A stretch of 64,000 nt of DNA from the NCBI RefSeq assembly GCF_006345805.1, contig NC_043006.1:15934001-15998000 (forward strand). The letters run 5' to 3'. The DNA is from Octopus sinensis. Taxonomy: Eukaryota. Below are positions 1 through 10,404 of the stretch, one piece after another (within the stretch, counting starts at the first letter, position 1; each line of letters begins with the position of its first letter). Made by a program: the position numbers and the translations under genes. The notes below the pieces were generated by a model. It made no database searches, was not told the origin of the DNA, and saw only the letters and a program-made list of their open reading frames with translations.

Positions 1-1
1 A

Positions 2-1132
2 AAACGTTCATTTGATTCCTTAGGGGGTGCATTTATGCCAAGTGGAAAGCGTACTTTCGATTCCTTGGGTGGTGCTTTCATGCCAGTTGGAAAGAGGAAC
101 TTTGACTCGTTAGGGGGTGCTTTTATGCCAGGTGGAAAACGTACTTTCGATTCCTTGGGTGGTGCTTTTATGCCAGGTGGAAAGAGAAACTTTGACTCTT
201 TGGGCGGGGCTTTTATGCCAGGTGGTAAAAGAAACTTCGACTCGTTAGGTGGGGCATTTATGCCAGGTGGAAAACGTACTTTCGATTCGTTAGGTGGAGC
301 ATTTATGCCAGGTGGAAAACGTACTTTCGATTCGTTAGGTGGAGCTTTTATGCCAGGTGGAAAACGTACTTTCGATTCATTAGGTGGAGCATTTATGCCA
401 GGTGGAAAACGTACTTTCGATTCGTTAGGTGGAGCATTTATGCCAGGTGGAAAACGTACTTTCGATTCGTTAGGTGGAGCATTTATGCCAGGTGGAAAAC
501 GTACTTTCGATTCCTTGGGTGGTGCTTTTATGCCAGGTGGAAAGAGGAACTTCGATTCGTTAGGTGGAGCTTTTATGCCTGGTGGAAAGAGACAATTTGA
601 CACGCTAGAGGGAGGAATTTCTCCGCCTGGTGGAAAGAGACAATTTGACACGCTAGAGGGAGAAATTTCTCCGCCTGGTGGAAAGAGACAATTTGACACG
701 CTAGAGGGAGAAATTTTTCCACCTGGTGGAAAGAGACAATTTGACACGCTAGAGGGAGAAATTTCTCCGCCTGGTGGAAAGAGACAATTTGACACGCTAG
801 AGGGAGAAATTACTCCGCCTGGTGGAAAGAGACAATTTGACACGCTAGAGGGAGAAATTACTCCGCCTGGTGGAAAGAGACAATTTGACACGCTAGAGGG
901 AGAAATTTCTCCGCCTGGTGGAAAGAGACATTTTGAATCGTTAGGAAAAGCATTTATACCGCGGAATGTTAAGAAACAATATGACATGGATAGTGACTGG
1001 AGACCATTTGACACGTTAGGTGGAGCATATATGCCTGATTATGGAAAGAGACAATCTGACTCGTTAAGTGGAGCGCTTTTAACAGAATCAGCTGAAAAAC
1101 AAGGTAGTGGTGATTCAGACCTGAAAAACTAA
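2..1132 (+). CDS. FCAP: Neuropeptide precursor, FCAP (feeding circuit activating peptide)-like; 5'-partial, final coding segment
   Basis: Frame is open from nt 2 (KRSFDSLGGAFMPSGKR...) to TAA at 1130-1132. It has 13 x 45-nt units (8-592) encoding (S/T/N)FDSLGGAFMP(G/S/V)-GKR and 7 x 48-nt units (593-928) encoding QFDTLEG(E/G)I(S/T/F)PPG-GKR, then a 67-aa tail. Gly-Lys-Arg amidation/dibasic cleavage sites separate the units. The DSLGG core matches the molluscan FCAP family as I recall it. The signal peptide lies upstream of the window. Confidence 0.8.
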   Translation, partial: KRSFDSLGGAFMPSGKRTFDSLGGAFMPVGKRNFDSLGGAFMPGGKRTFDSLGGAFMPGGKRNFDSLGGAFMPGGKRNFDSLGGAFMPGGKRTFDSLGGAFMPGGKRTFDSLGGAFMPGGKRTFDSLGGAFMPGGKRTFDSLGGAFMPGGKRTFDSLGGAFMPGGKRTFDSLGGAFMPGGKRNFDSLGGAFMPGGKRQFDTLEGGISPPGGKRQFDTLEGEISPPGGKRQFDTLEGEIFPPGGKRQFDTLEGEISPPGGKRQFDTLEGEITPPGGKRQFDTLEGEITPPGGKRQFDTLEGEISPPGGKRHFESLGKAFIPRNVKKQYDMDSDWRPFDTLGGAYMPDYGKRQSDSLSGALLTESAEKQGSGDSDLKN

Positions 1133-1590
1133 AACAGCATTATCAATATATGTTGCCCTGTGGAATGGATTAACACAAAATAACTTAAGGAACAGTTGTT
1201 ATTTGCTATACTGTTTCGACGAAAATTGAAAACAAAGCCTTTCTTTTATTATCCCTTCAAGAGTAGAGGAAGTTTTCTCACAATCACATACACTTACTAC
1301 CAAATACATTCAGAACTTCGACTTCTGTTTTGATTTATTTACTGCTAATAATATCAACAGAAATGTAAAAGATCTACTCTTTCTAGAGATGTACTCTTAA
1401 TACATCTCTGATAACAATTCACAACAGCCACGTCTGAATCAGCGAGAGCATTGAAAGAAAACAGTACTGTGTTTTTGGCGTTCGATACCAGTAATGAAAG
1501 TTCGCGAAAGACTTTTGAAGTTTCTATCAATTTTTTTCCCAACACAGTTGCTTCATTTTCCTTCATGTCCTTATTTTTAAATTTTTTTCT

Positions 1591-1596
1591 AATAAA
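1591..1596 (+). terminator. Candidate polyadenylation signal of the neuropeptide gene
   Basis: AATAAA ~460 nt after the stop, followed by a GT/T-rich tract (~1623-1650). No transcript evidence. Confidence 0.4.
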
Positions 1597-1685
1597 TCCT
1601 AACTGTTATTAATGGCATCGTAGTTAGTGTTTTGATCTATTTTTTTTTTCTGGAACTGAAAAGAAAATTTATGAGTGAATTTCTC

Positions 1686-1755
<70 letters not shown>

Positions 1756-1756
1756 G

Positions 1757-1930
1757 AATTCTTTCATATATTTATATTTTTAAAACAAACATACAAATTT
1801 CCACACGAAAGCACGTAATATATGCCCTAGGCACGTAACTTCAACCGTGTTTTTTCTTATGTGAATTTGCTACCCAGGTATCGGTTAATTCGAATTATCC
1901 TTGATAAGATAATTCATTCAACTACTCAAA
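1757..1930 (+). mobile_element. Dispersed repeat family E, 3' part (same family as the hammerhead-bearing copy at 7906-8200)
   Basis: ttctttcatatattt...caaatttccacacgaaagcacgtaa...gaatttgctacccaggtatc...ttcattcaactact matches the reverse complement of 7906-8060. The hammerhead portion is absent. Confidence 0.7.
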
Positions 1931-2097
1931 TATATATATACATATATATGTATATTTCATTTTCATTTGTCTTGGTTTTAGCTGAATTTTTTTCTTGAGA
2001 ACATATTCTCCGTGGAAAATGGCGAATTTGACGTCTATATCTAGCATACAGGCTGTCCACTTTTAGTGGTCAATCCTCTGAATTTTATATATATATA

Positions 2098-2800
2098 TCT
2101 ATATATATAAAACTCAACTTGTGTGTCTGTGTTTGTCTGTGTGTTTAACTTCCCGGCACATCTCCTCCTAGCCAACAAATCGTAGAGCCACCAAAAATGG
2201 GCCACTTAAAGTTTAGGCGAATGAAAATCGAACTAAGCTATTTCTGTTCCGAAATTCATCTCGCAAGTGCAAAAATCGATAATGTGTTTGTTTAGGCCTT
2301 ATCCCATACATTGAATAGTGAACTTTACTCAGTCAGCTGTTTGACGTTAACTGTGTTCACCACGCGTGCAAGCATGCGTAAATTACATGAAAAATATTAA
2401 AAAATCAAGATATAAAAACGAATCGCCGTAAACATAGTAGAAATTCGACAAAGAAATGAATTTTCGGGATGTAGCCTGGAAGATGTTTTCGTATTAATCG
2501 TTTGGACTTTGTGAACACATAATTGTTTTCATAACATTTTTAACGCTTTGAATTAAATGTGACCATTTTGCGTTGAGTCTGCAGTTTGAATCACTTTAAC
2601 CAAATTTTAGCAGGCCGGATTTTTGATCATCACGATACATCGCCAGCGACTCCCTGAAACTCTCCCCTGAAATCCCCGATGAGAAATCTGTATATATAAA
2701 ACTCAACTTGTGTGTCTGTGTGTGTATGTGTGTGTGTGTCTGTGTGTTTAACTTTTGGATCTACCAAATTTCATTATTAAGGATGGAAAGTAGTGTGAAG
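2098..2800 (+). mobile_element. Two Helitron-like 5' termini (2098 and 2687) with intervening sequence
   Basis: A|TCT(A/G)TATATATAAAACTCAACTTGTGTGTCTG occurs twice and resembles the 5' ends of the complete Helitron-like elements in this window. No own 3' CTAG hairpin found. Confidence 0.5.
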
Positions 2801-2804
2801 CAAA

Positions 2805-3164
2805 TCTATATATATAAAGCTGAAGTTGTCTGTGTGTGGCAGGTTTGGTAGCCTTCAACTAACACTATCTCCTTCGAGACCCTATGATAGAAGAAGGATT
2901 GCTCTTCATTCTGTAGGAGATAAAATTCAAATCGGACCGTGTTAACACCAAAAATTATTTACATCAAAAAGGTCCTTTTTTTCTATGAAAATCCCTATTT
3001 TTTACGATTTTTGACTGCTGTGTCACCATTTTTCGGTGTATTTCACCTGGAAAAATGTTCCCTTGAAGAGAATAACAAGTTGCATAATGCAAAATTTTTA
3101 CTTTTCAAAAATTTCAATTCTAAAGGGTCGAAACAAACCCAAGCAACACCTGGTGATATTGCTA

Positions 3165-3165
<1 letters not shown>
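2805..3165 (+). mobile_element. Non-autonomous Helitron-like element
   Basis: Starts A|TCTATATATATAAAGCTGAAGTTG and ends CCCAAGCAACACCTGG..GCTAG|T (subterminal hairpin plus CTAG, inserted between A and T). Confidence 0.75.
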
Positions 3166-3228
<63 letters not shown>

Positions 3229-3270
3229 TGTGTGTGTGTCTGTGTCTGTGTATGTATATGTATGTATATG

Positions 3271-3305
<35 letters not shown>

Positions 3306-3650
3306 TTATGTACGTGTACTTTACTCAGACACGTTTATATGAGGCAGAACGATAATTCTTAATCATAAAAGTGACACATTTAGTGTGAATCTTTTCTTAT
3401 TGTTACAAGGAAAACGGTGATCATTGTACCGTTATGGTTTGGCAAAAAAAAAACGGCAGAATCTCAAAAAGGAACTGAATGAAAAATACTAATCGAGAAC
3501 ATGTGATAGCTTTCTCGAAAGGTATATTTAATATTTGTTTTTGAGGCATTCATATCACATAAATGTACCCAAATGTAAAATATTACTGTGTATAATTTAC
3601 TGAAATATTAACAAGATGCTGCTAATTATTTTGCCCGGCGTGTTAACGAT

Positions 3651-3900
3651 TCTTATTTCTTTATTGGGGCTAAACAATAGAGGGGACAAGGGGCTAAACA
3701 TAGAGGGGACAAACAAGGACAGACAAACGGATTAAGTCGATTACATCGACCCCACTTCGTAATTGGTACTTAATTTATCGACCCAGAAAGGATGAAAAGC
3801 AAAGTCGACCTCGACGGAATTTGAACTCAGAACGTAACGGCAGACGAAATACTGCTAAGCATTTCGACCGGCGCGCTAACGTTTCTGCCAGCTCGCCGCT
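3651..3900 (-). mobile_element. tRNA-derived SINE family C (Meta-domain-like core)
   Basis: Reverse complement has the head gcggcgagctggcagaaacgttagc, B box gagttcaaattcc, core gtcgacttt(g)c(c)tttcatcctt..ggtcgataaattaagtacc and tail ccctctatgtttagcccc. More than 10 copies in the window. Confidence 0.85.
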
Positions 3901-4558
3901 TTGTTAACGAAAGTATTAAAATACCTAAAATTTTACTTCTGATTTTATTGTTATGACAAATCAACTAAAAATAACATATTTATAAAATTCCATTCAGTTT
4001 ATATGTGGCTCCCCCATCTCTCTCTCTCTCTCTCTCTAAGCTGCATACATCTATTTAATTTGTAAGCAATAGAATTTTTGAACTCTCTCCCTGGATACTT
4101 TTCAAAGTAATTTTCATTTGCGTAAAATATTTTTTTATTACCACTGTAATTTCAATTGATAAAAAATTATCTCACTTATCAGAATAAATATTTTAGGTTG
4201 CATTTAACTATGTTTTATGTGAAAAAAACAATCATTTTGGAAACTTTCTGTTAATATTATTTTAATTCATTTGAGCGGTGAATTATTTTCTCAAGAACGA
4301 CTTATATTAGTCGCTGTAAGTTACAGGTAGCTGTGGATTGACTATGCTCCGATGAAGAAACACAACCGAATGGAAACATTCCCGGGAGTTTTTCTCCAAC
4401 AATCTAACTCATACCTGTCTCTTATATATCTCCATAAAATTTTGGGTCTCATTGGAACTTCTGAAATTCTCTCTCGTCCTTTTTCAAGGTATCTTTCATT
4501 AACGCTAATGTTCTTTCTTCCCATTATGGTTATTTTAATTTCACTTAATTAAACATTA

Positions 4559-4887
4559 GTGAGGGCGCGTGGCTTAGTGGTTAGGACATTCGGCTCATGA
4601 TCGTAAGGTTGTGAGTTCGATTCCCGGCGACGCGTTGTGTCCTTGAGCAAGACACTTTATTTCACGTTGCTCCAGTCCACTCAGCTGGCAAAAATGAGTT
4701 GTACTTGTATTTCAAAGGGTCAGCCTTGTCACTCTCTGTGTCACGCTGATTATCCCCGAGAACTACGTTAAGGGTACACGTGTCTGTGGAATGCTCAGCC
4801 ATTTGCACGTTAATTTCACGAGCAAGCTGTTCCGTTGATCGTATCAGCTGGGACCCTCGTCGTCGTAACCGGCGGAGTCTTTAAAAA
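4559..4887 (+). mobile_element. tRNA/CORE-type SINE: head B + tail X, with 12-bp TSD
   Basis: A box tggcttagtgg, B box gagttcgattcc, CORE-like tgtgtccttgagcaagacactt; the 3' part is shared with family A. TSD AATTAAACATTA at 4547-4558 and 4888-4899. Confidence 0.85.
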
Positions 4888-5702
4888 AATTAAACATTAC
4901 TTGTGACTTCCCATGCTAAGTAGAGTACGCGAAACTTAAAGATTATACTTTGCTGTTGGTATCCGCTGCAGCAAGTAAAAGGTATTCTCGTGAAAATGTA
5001 ATTTTCTTTATCCGAGAAAGTAACAATAAATAATTTCTATGTAAAAAGAACTCTTATTCTCATTAGTGGAATGTTCTTCCAAATTTTTATGATTCCATTT
5101 ACTAAAAGTGTAGAGAAACGTGTAGGTAGCCATACATTATTAGTGACAATATAACATTTTTAGACAACATATTTCGTCATAAATTAATATATACTCTTGA
5201 AACAGCCTCACAGAAAAATACTTATGGAGCGGTGCTAGTCGTAATATTTTATCTCGAAGAAATATCTCAGTAAAACTTATAGGGCTTCGCCCAGGAAGCT
5301 GGTGAATTAACTGACAAATATTTCGTCATGAAGGGAGGTATACACCGGACACTCTGATTGAAGGCAAAAATGCGTGTTCCGAAATAAAGATCCGTAAATG
5401 AGACATTTACCGACTGTGCGAAAGCTAACCAGCATTGGATTAAATTAATACAGTTTTTCAATTTAGTAGCTTATCAACCGAGTTGACAGAGAAGAGGTTC
5501 AGCATATAATCCGAATGAATTGAATGGGTTGCCATAATCTTCAACTGGGTCCAACAAAGTCACACCTGGAACCTAACCAAATAAACGAACTTCTACTGAT
5601 GCCTTTATAAGCCAACGATATTGAATAATCTAATGATACGCTCAGTCTAGTGGTTCATTTAATTACAACCGAATAGTTCCATCTGTAATGTATAAACAAT
5701 AT

Positions 5703-6323
5703 GTGGAGGCGCAATGGCCCAGTAGTTAGGGCAGCGGACTCGCAGGTCGGAGGATCGCGGTTTCGATTCCCAGACCGGGCGTTGTGAGTGTTTATTGAGC
5801 GAAAACACCTAAAGCTCCACGAGGCTCCGGCAGGGGATGGTGGTGATCCCTGCTGTACTCTTTCACTACAACTTTCTCTCACTCTTACTTCCTGTTTCTG
5901 TTGTACCTGTATTTCAAGGGGCCGGCCTTGTCACTCTCTGTGTCACGCTGGATATCCGAGAGAACTACGTTAAGGGTACACGTGTCTGTGGAGTGCTCAG
6001 CCACTTACACGTTAATTTCACGAGCAGGCTGTTCCGTTGATTCGGATCAACCGGAACCCTCGTCGATTCCCAGACCGGGCGTTGTGAGTGTTTATTGAGC
6101 GAAAACACCTAAAAGCTCCACGAGGCTCCGGCAGGGGATGGTGGTGATCCCTGCTGTACTCTTTCACCACAACTTTCTCTCACTCTTACTTCCTGTTTCT
6201 GTTGTACCTGTATTTCAAAGGGCCGGCCTTGTCACTCTCTGTGTCACGCTGGATATCCCCGAGAGAACTACGTTAAGGGTACACGTGTCTGTGGAGTGCT
6301 CAGCCACTTACACGTTAATTTCA
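5703..6323 (+). mobile_element. tRNA-derived SINE family A: near-full copy (5703-6065) fused to a second partial copy (6063-6323)
   Basis: Head ggaggcgcaatggcccagtagttagg...ggtttcgattccc; the sequence restarts at the B box (tcgattcccagaccggg) via TCG microhomology. Confidence 0.85.
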
Positions 6324-6350
6324 GAGACATAAACCGTTTCTCAAAAATGA

Positions 6351-6733
6351 GAAGCACTCCGTCGGTTGCAACGACGAGGGTTTCGGTTGATCCGAATCAA
6401 CGGAACAGCCTGCTCGTGAAATTAACGTGTATGTGGCTGAGCACTCCACAGACACGTGCACCCTTAACGTAGTTCTCTCGGATATCCAGCGTGACACAGA
6501 GAGTGACAAGGCCGGCCCTTTGAAATACAGGTACAACAGAAACAGGAAGTAAGAGTGAGAGAAAGTTGTGGTGAAAGAGTACAGCAGGGATCACCACTAT
6601 CCCCTGCCGGAGCCTCGTGGAGCTTTAGGTGTTTTCGCTCAATAAACACTCACAACGCCCGGTCTGGGAATCGAAACCGCGATCCTATGACCGCGAGTCC
6701 GCTGCCCTAACCACTGGGCCATTGCGTCTCCAC
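6351..6733 (-). mobile_element. tRNA-derived SINE family A, full-length
   Basis: Reverse complement of the 5703 copy, complete to the tail ggagtgcttc. Confidence 0.9.
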
Positions 6734-7851
6734 TCCTGTAATATTAACAATTTTGTTATAGCAATGGAGACTCTCAAATTCTGCAAACACCTAAAGTTGG
6801 TATTAGTTCCCCGAGTCTATGAGTTTAAAGAAATCAGCATATATTACCAGAAGAAAATGTTTTTAAAATCTTTTTATCAAATATATTTTTAAAATTTAAA
6901 ACTCCATACTTTTCATATTTTGAGAAAGAGCATCTCTTGTACTTATTCATAACAAGAGTATTCTGAAATGCATATAGAAACGTCAGGACCATCTTAGTTT
7001 TAAAAAATAACATAGAGATGTTCATATTCTCTCAATCATCCGATGTAAGCCTCTAAAACATGTATGATAATACAAATAGTAGCCCCAAGAGATTCTTAAA
7101 ATTTGGTGTATAACTTTAGTTTCGTATTATTTTAAGCAGGATATAATTGAATCTTGTCCGAAATAGGAGGAGTGCAGTTACGATGCTAGAGGATAAGACA
7201 CAAACTTCGGTAAAGTGTACTGAAGCGTGCAGAAATAAATGCACTGTCCATTAAAAATCCGAAATGGGATCTTACCTTAAATCTTACGAGATGCTAATCC
7301 AATAATGGCTCCAGTAGACCATTTCAATTCTACTCAAATTACTAAGCATAAGAACAGTTACACATTAAATACTACTGTATTAAATACTAATGTTACTGTA
7401 TATTTATATAATGTATCATCAATCATAGGTTTAAGTTGTTTGATTTTATTTATTAAAAGTAATAAAAGATACTGGACCAATAATGAAATAGATTAAATAT
7501 TAGTGTTTCAAATAAGCGAGCACTGTAGTAGAAGCGAAAGAAAATCCTCGGAATGTCAAGGAGCGCGAGTAAATCTATGGAGTATCAAACTTGGTTACTG
7601 TTCTCAATTGTGCTAGATTTCATTTGCTTCATCGGTGCTTCAGGAAGAGGCAAGAATCTGTCACACTTCTTCCCCATCATATTATTTTTCAAATGGGTAG
7701 ATGTTGACTTATGATTGCTATGATAACCAGCTACAAGTAATTGATTTTATCGCACTTCATGAAACATTGTGCACTTACTGGTAACCAATGCAAGAATATA
7801 CTGCAAATATATTTCCGGTCTGCTTCGTGACTGTACAACCTCAACCTATAA

Positions 7852-7905
<54 letters not shown>

Positions 7906-7909
<4 letters not shown>

Positions 7910-8200
7910 TAGTTGAATGAATTATCTTGTTATGGATAATTCGGTTAACTGATACCTGGGTAGCAAATTCACATCAGAGAAGACACGTTTGAAGTTACGT
8001 GCTTTCGTGTGGAAATTTGTATGTTTTTTGTTTTTTTTTTAATTTAAATATATGAAAGAATGGAGTTGAACGACGAATTAACAAAATTCCTTTATTTTCG
8101 ACGTATGTTTCGAACGCTGCGTATTCCTAATTGCGAAGGAATAAGGAGTATATTATGCCGCTTTCTCATCAGGAAAAGCAAGGAACTTATGTCAACATCA
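7906..8200 (-). mobile_element. Dispersed repeat family E carrying a hammerhead ribozyme (possibly Penelope-like-element related)
   Basis: Matches 9630-9785 and 1757-1930, and contains the hammerhead at 8095-8177. The PLE link is inferred from the known PLE-hammerhead association; no PLE ORF is seen. Confidence 0.6.
8095..8177 (-). ncRNA. Type I hammerhead ribozyme (canonical core, GUC site)
   Basis: Minus strand: UUUUC-CUGAUGA-GAAAGCGGCAUA...UACGCAGCGUUC-GAAA-C-AUAC-G-UC-GAAAA. Stem I 5 bp, long stem II, stem III 2 bp with a 4-nt loop. Confidence 0.8.
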
Positions 8201-8254
8201 TTGTTATATATATAATTGTTATATATATATATATAATTCTTATATATATAATCA

Positions 8255-8500
8255 TCATTGTTTAACGTCCGCCCTCCACGCCGGCACGTGGGACAGACAG
8301 GCAGTTCCAGCAACGACCATGCTCAAAAGGTGTTTTTTACGTGCTACCTGCACAGGAGCCAGTCTAGCAGCACTGGCAACGACCTCGCTTGAATGTTGTT
8401 TTTCACGTGCCACCGGTACATGTGCCAGTAAGGCGACACTAGCAACGATGACGCTTGAATGGTCCTTTTCACATGCCACTGGCACGGGAGCCAATGTTCT
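8255..8500 (-). mobile_element. RTE-associated non-autonomous retroelement 3' part with three ~60-bp internal subrepeats
   Basis: Tail ggcggacgttaaacaatgatga on the minus strand. The units acgNccNNgctNgaa..ttttNacgtgccac..gcac..gagcca repeat at ~8312, 8378 and 8444. The RTE association is inferred from the adjacent RT fragment and my recall of this tail type. Confidence 0.55.
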
Positions 8501-9182
8501 TTCCATATTAACCACTTTACAGTTTGTACTGAGTACTTTTGTTTTTTGTGGCACCAGCACTAGTGAGGTTGATATATAGCATAGTATGAATAAATCTACA
8601 GTAGAGGAGATGGCTTTATGCTATGGGAGAGAGAAGGGGCCAGAACTGAAAAATTTCTTGCTGTAGAGGAGATATATGATTACTCATATACATGTATTTG
8701 TATACAAACAAATGAATGTGAGTAAAAAAAACGGTGACATTGTTTACTTTCTTCAGTGAGCAAATATTCTGTAGTTTAGTGGATTTGTGATTAACACTAA
8801 AATGAAAAATACCTCAGTTGAAAAACAAATAAGAGTTGATGACTGGAAGAACATCTGGACATAGAAATCTGCCTTGATAAAGTTCTGTAATCTTTGCCTG
8901 TATGGAAGAAAGATCTAAAAATGGTGGATCAACAGTCAATAAGTTCAAACGTGTGCAGTGTATTGCAGTTTGTCTTATATGTTCAACATTCATCCAACAA
9001 TAGGAAGTTCATAAGTTGCTACAGAAGTCAAGATGTACAGAAAATATCCTTAGGTGCATCCAGTCTGTAACTGTTTCATAAAGTGGGCTGAGGAAAGAAG
9101 CTTAGTGGATATCATCATCATCATTATCATCAAATGTCTATTTTCTACGGACACACAAACATATACATACATACATATATAT

Positions 9183-9480
9183 CCCTAGTTTCCGCATTGC
9201 CCACTAGATGAAGGATCGGGGTCTCTGTCAAAGGCTTTCTCCAAGTCAACAAAAGCCAAGTATAGGGGTTTATCTTTGGCTAGGTATTTCTCCCACAGTT
9301 GCCTTACCAGGACTATAGCATCAATGGTGCTTCTACCTGGCACAAAACCCGAACTGCATCTCATCTAAGCAGACTCTCTCCCTAATTAGTTGGGCTATGA
9401 CCCCCTCCGTGACCTTCATCACCTGATCTAGCAGTTTGAAAGCCCTGTAGTTATTTCTTTGTAAAGTATCACCTTTGCAG
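9183..9480 (-). pseudogene. RTE-clade LINE reverse transcriptase fragment
   Basis: Minus-strand translation CKGDTLQRNNYRAFKLLDQVMKVTEGVIAQLIRERVCLDEMQFGF.PGRSTIDAIVLVRQLWEKYLAKDKPLYLAFVDLEKAFDR has the RT motifs NYR, QFGF and AFVDLEKAFD. It is disrupted. Confidence 0.85.
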
Positions 9481-9651
9481 GATCAGATTGGAGACTGGTG
9501 TGGCCACCTGGTTTGCCGGTCCCCAGTCAAACTGTCCGGCCCATGCCGGCGTGGAGGGCGGACGTTAAACAATGATGATTATATATATAACAATTATATA
9601 TATATATATAACAATTATATATATAACAATGATGTTGGCATAAGTTCCTTG

Positions 9652-9736
9652 ATTTTCCTGATGAGAAATCTGCATAATGTACTCCTTATTCCTTCGCAAT
9701 TAGGAATATGCAGCGTTCGAAACATACGTCGAAAAT
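9652..9736 (+). ncRNA. Type I hammerhead ribozyme (canonical core, GUC site, predicted cut after 9730)
   Basis: AUUUUC(9652-57)-CUGAUGA(9658-64)-GAAAUCUGCAUA...UAUGCAGCGUUC-GAAA(9719-22)-C-AUAC-G-UC(9730)-GAAAAU(9731-36). 6-bp stem I; inner hairpin UAUUCCU/AGGAAUA. Confidence 0.85.
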
Positions 9737-9798
9737 AAAGGAATTTTGTTAATTCGTCGTTCAACTCCATTCTTTCATATATTTATATATATATATAT

Positions 9799-9855
<57 letters not shown>

Positions 9856-9988
9856 CTTGCTCGATTACATTTTGGTTGTTTTGGCTAAAATTTTTCTGGA
9901 GAACATTTTTGGTGGTGAGACGTAGCGTATCTATTTCTAGCATATGGGTGTCCACATAGTGGTTTCCCTCTAATATATATATGTATGT

Positions 9989-10031
<43 letters not shown>

Positions 10032-10071
10032 CATATATATACATAATAAATACATGTATATGTATATATAT

Positions 10072-10121
<50 letters not shown>

Positions 10122-10239
10122 GAAAAATACAAACTGGGAGAAGAACGTAAAACATTTAGAAGACGATACAAAAAACACGGACGGGACATTCGAAGCCTTC
10201 AATCTTCAGTCAAGAACCGGATCATCCTCGCAATTTCGG

Positions 10240-10277
<38 letters not shown>

Positions 10278-10294
10278 ATATATATATATAGTGT

Positions 10295-10347
<53 letters not shown>

Positions 10348-10404
10348 CAGAGGGGAGTTAGAGAGCAAATTATATATATATATATTATATATAATATATA
10401 TATA

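Noticed and set aside
4345-4400. CCGATGA...GAAAC...GTT hammerhead-like string (similar partial strings near 10190, 26950, 37070, 50560, 63910)
   Set aside because: Stem I and/or stem II do not pair; expected by chance in AT-rich DNA.
5703-5775. tRNA-like sequences (A/B boxes) at SINE 5' ends
   Set aside because: No complete cloverleaf or acceptor stem; they continue into SINE bodies, so they are not tRNA genes.
5788-6649. Recurrent ORFs MFIERKHLKLHEAPAG.., MVVIPAVLFHHNFLS.., [15 protein letters not shown].., MRNWYLIYRPRKDER..
   Set aside because: Incidental frames within non-coding SINE families A, C and D; they recur only because the SINEs do.
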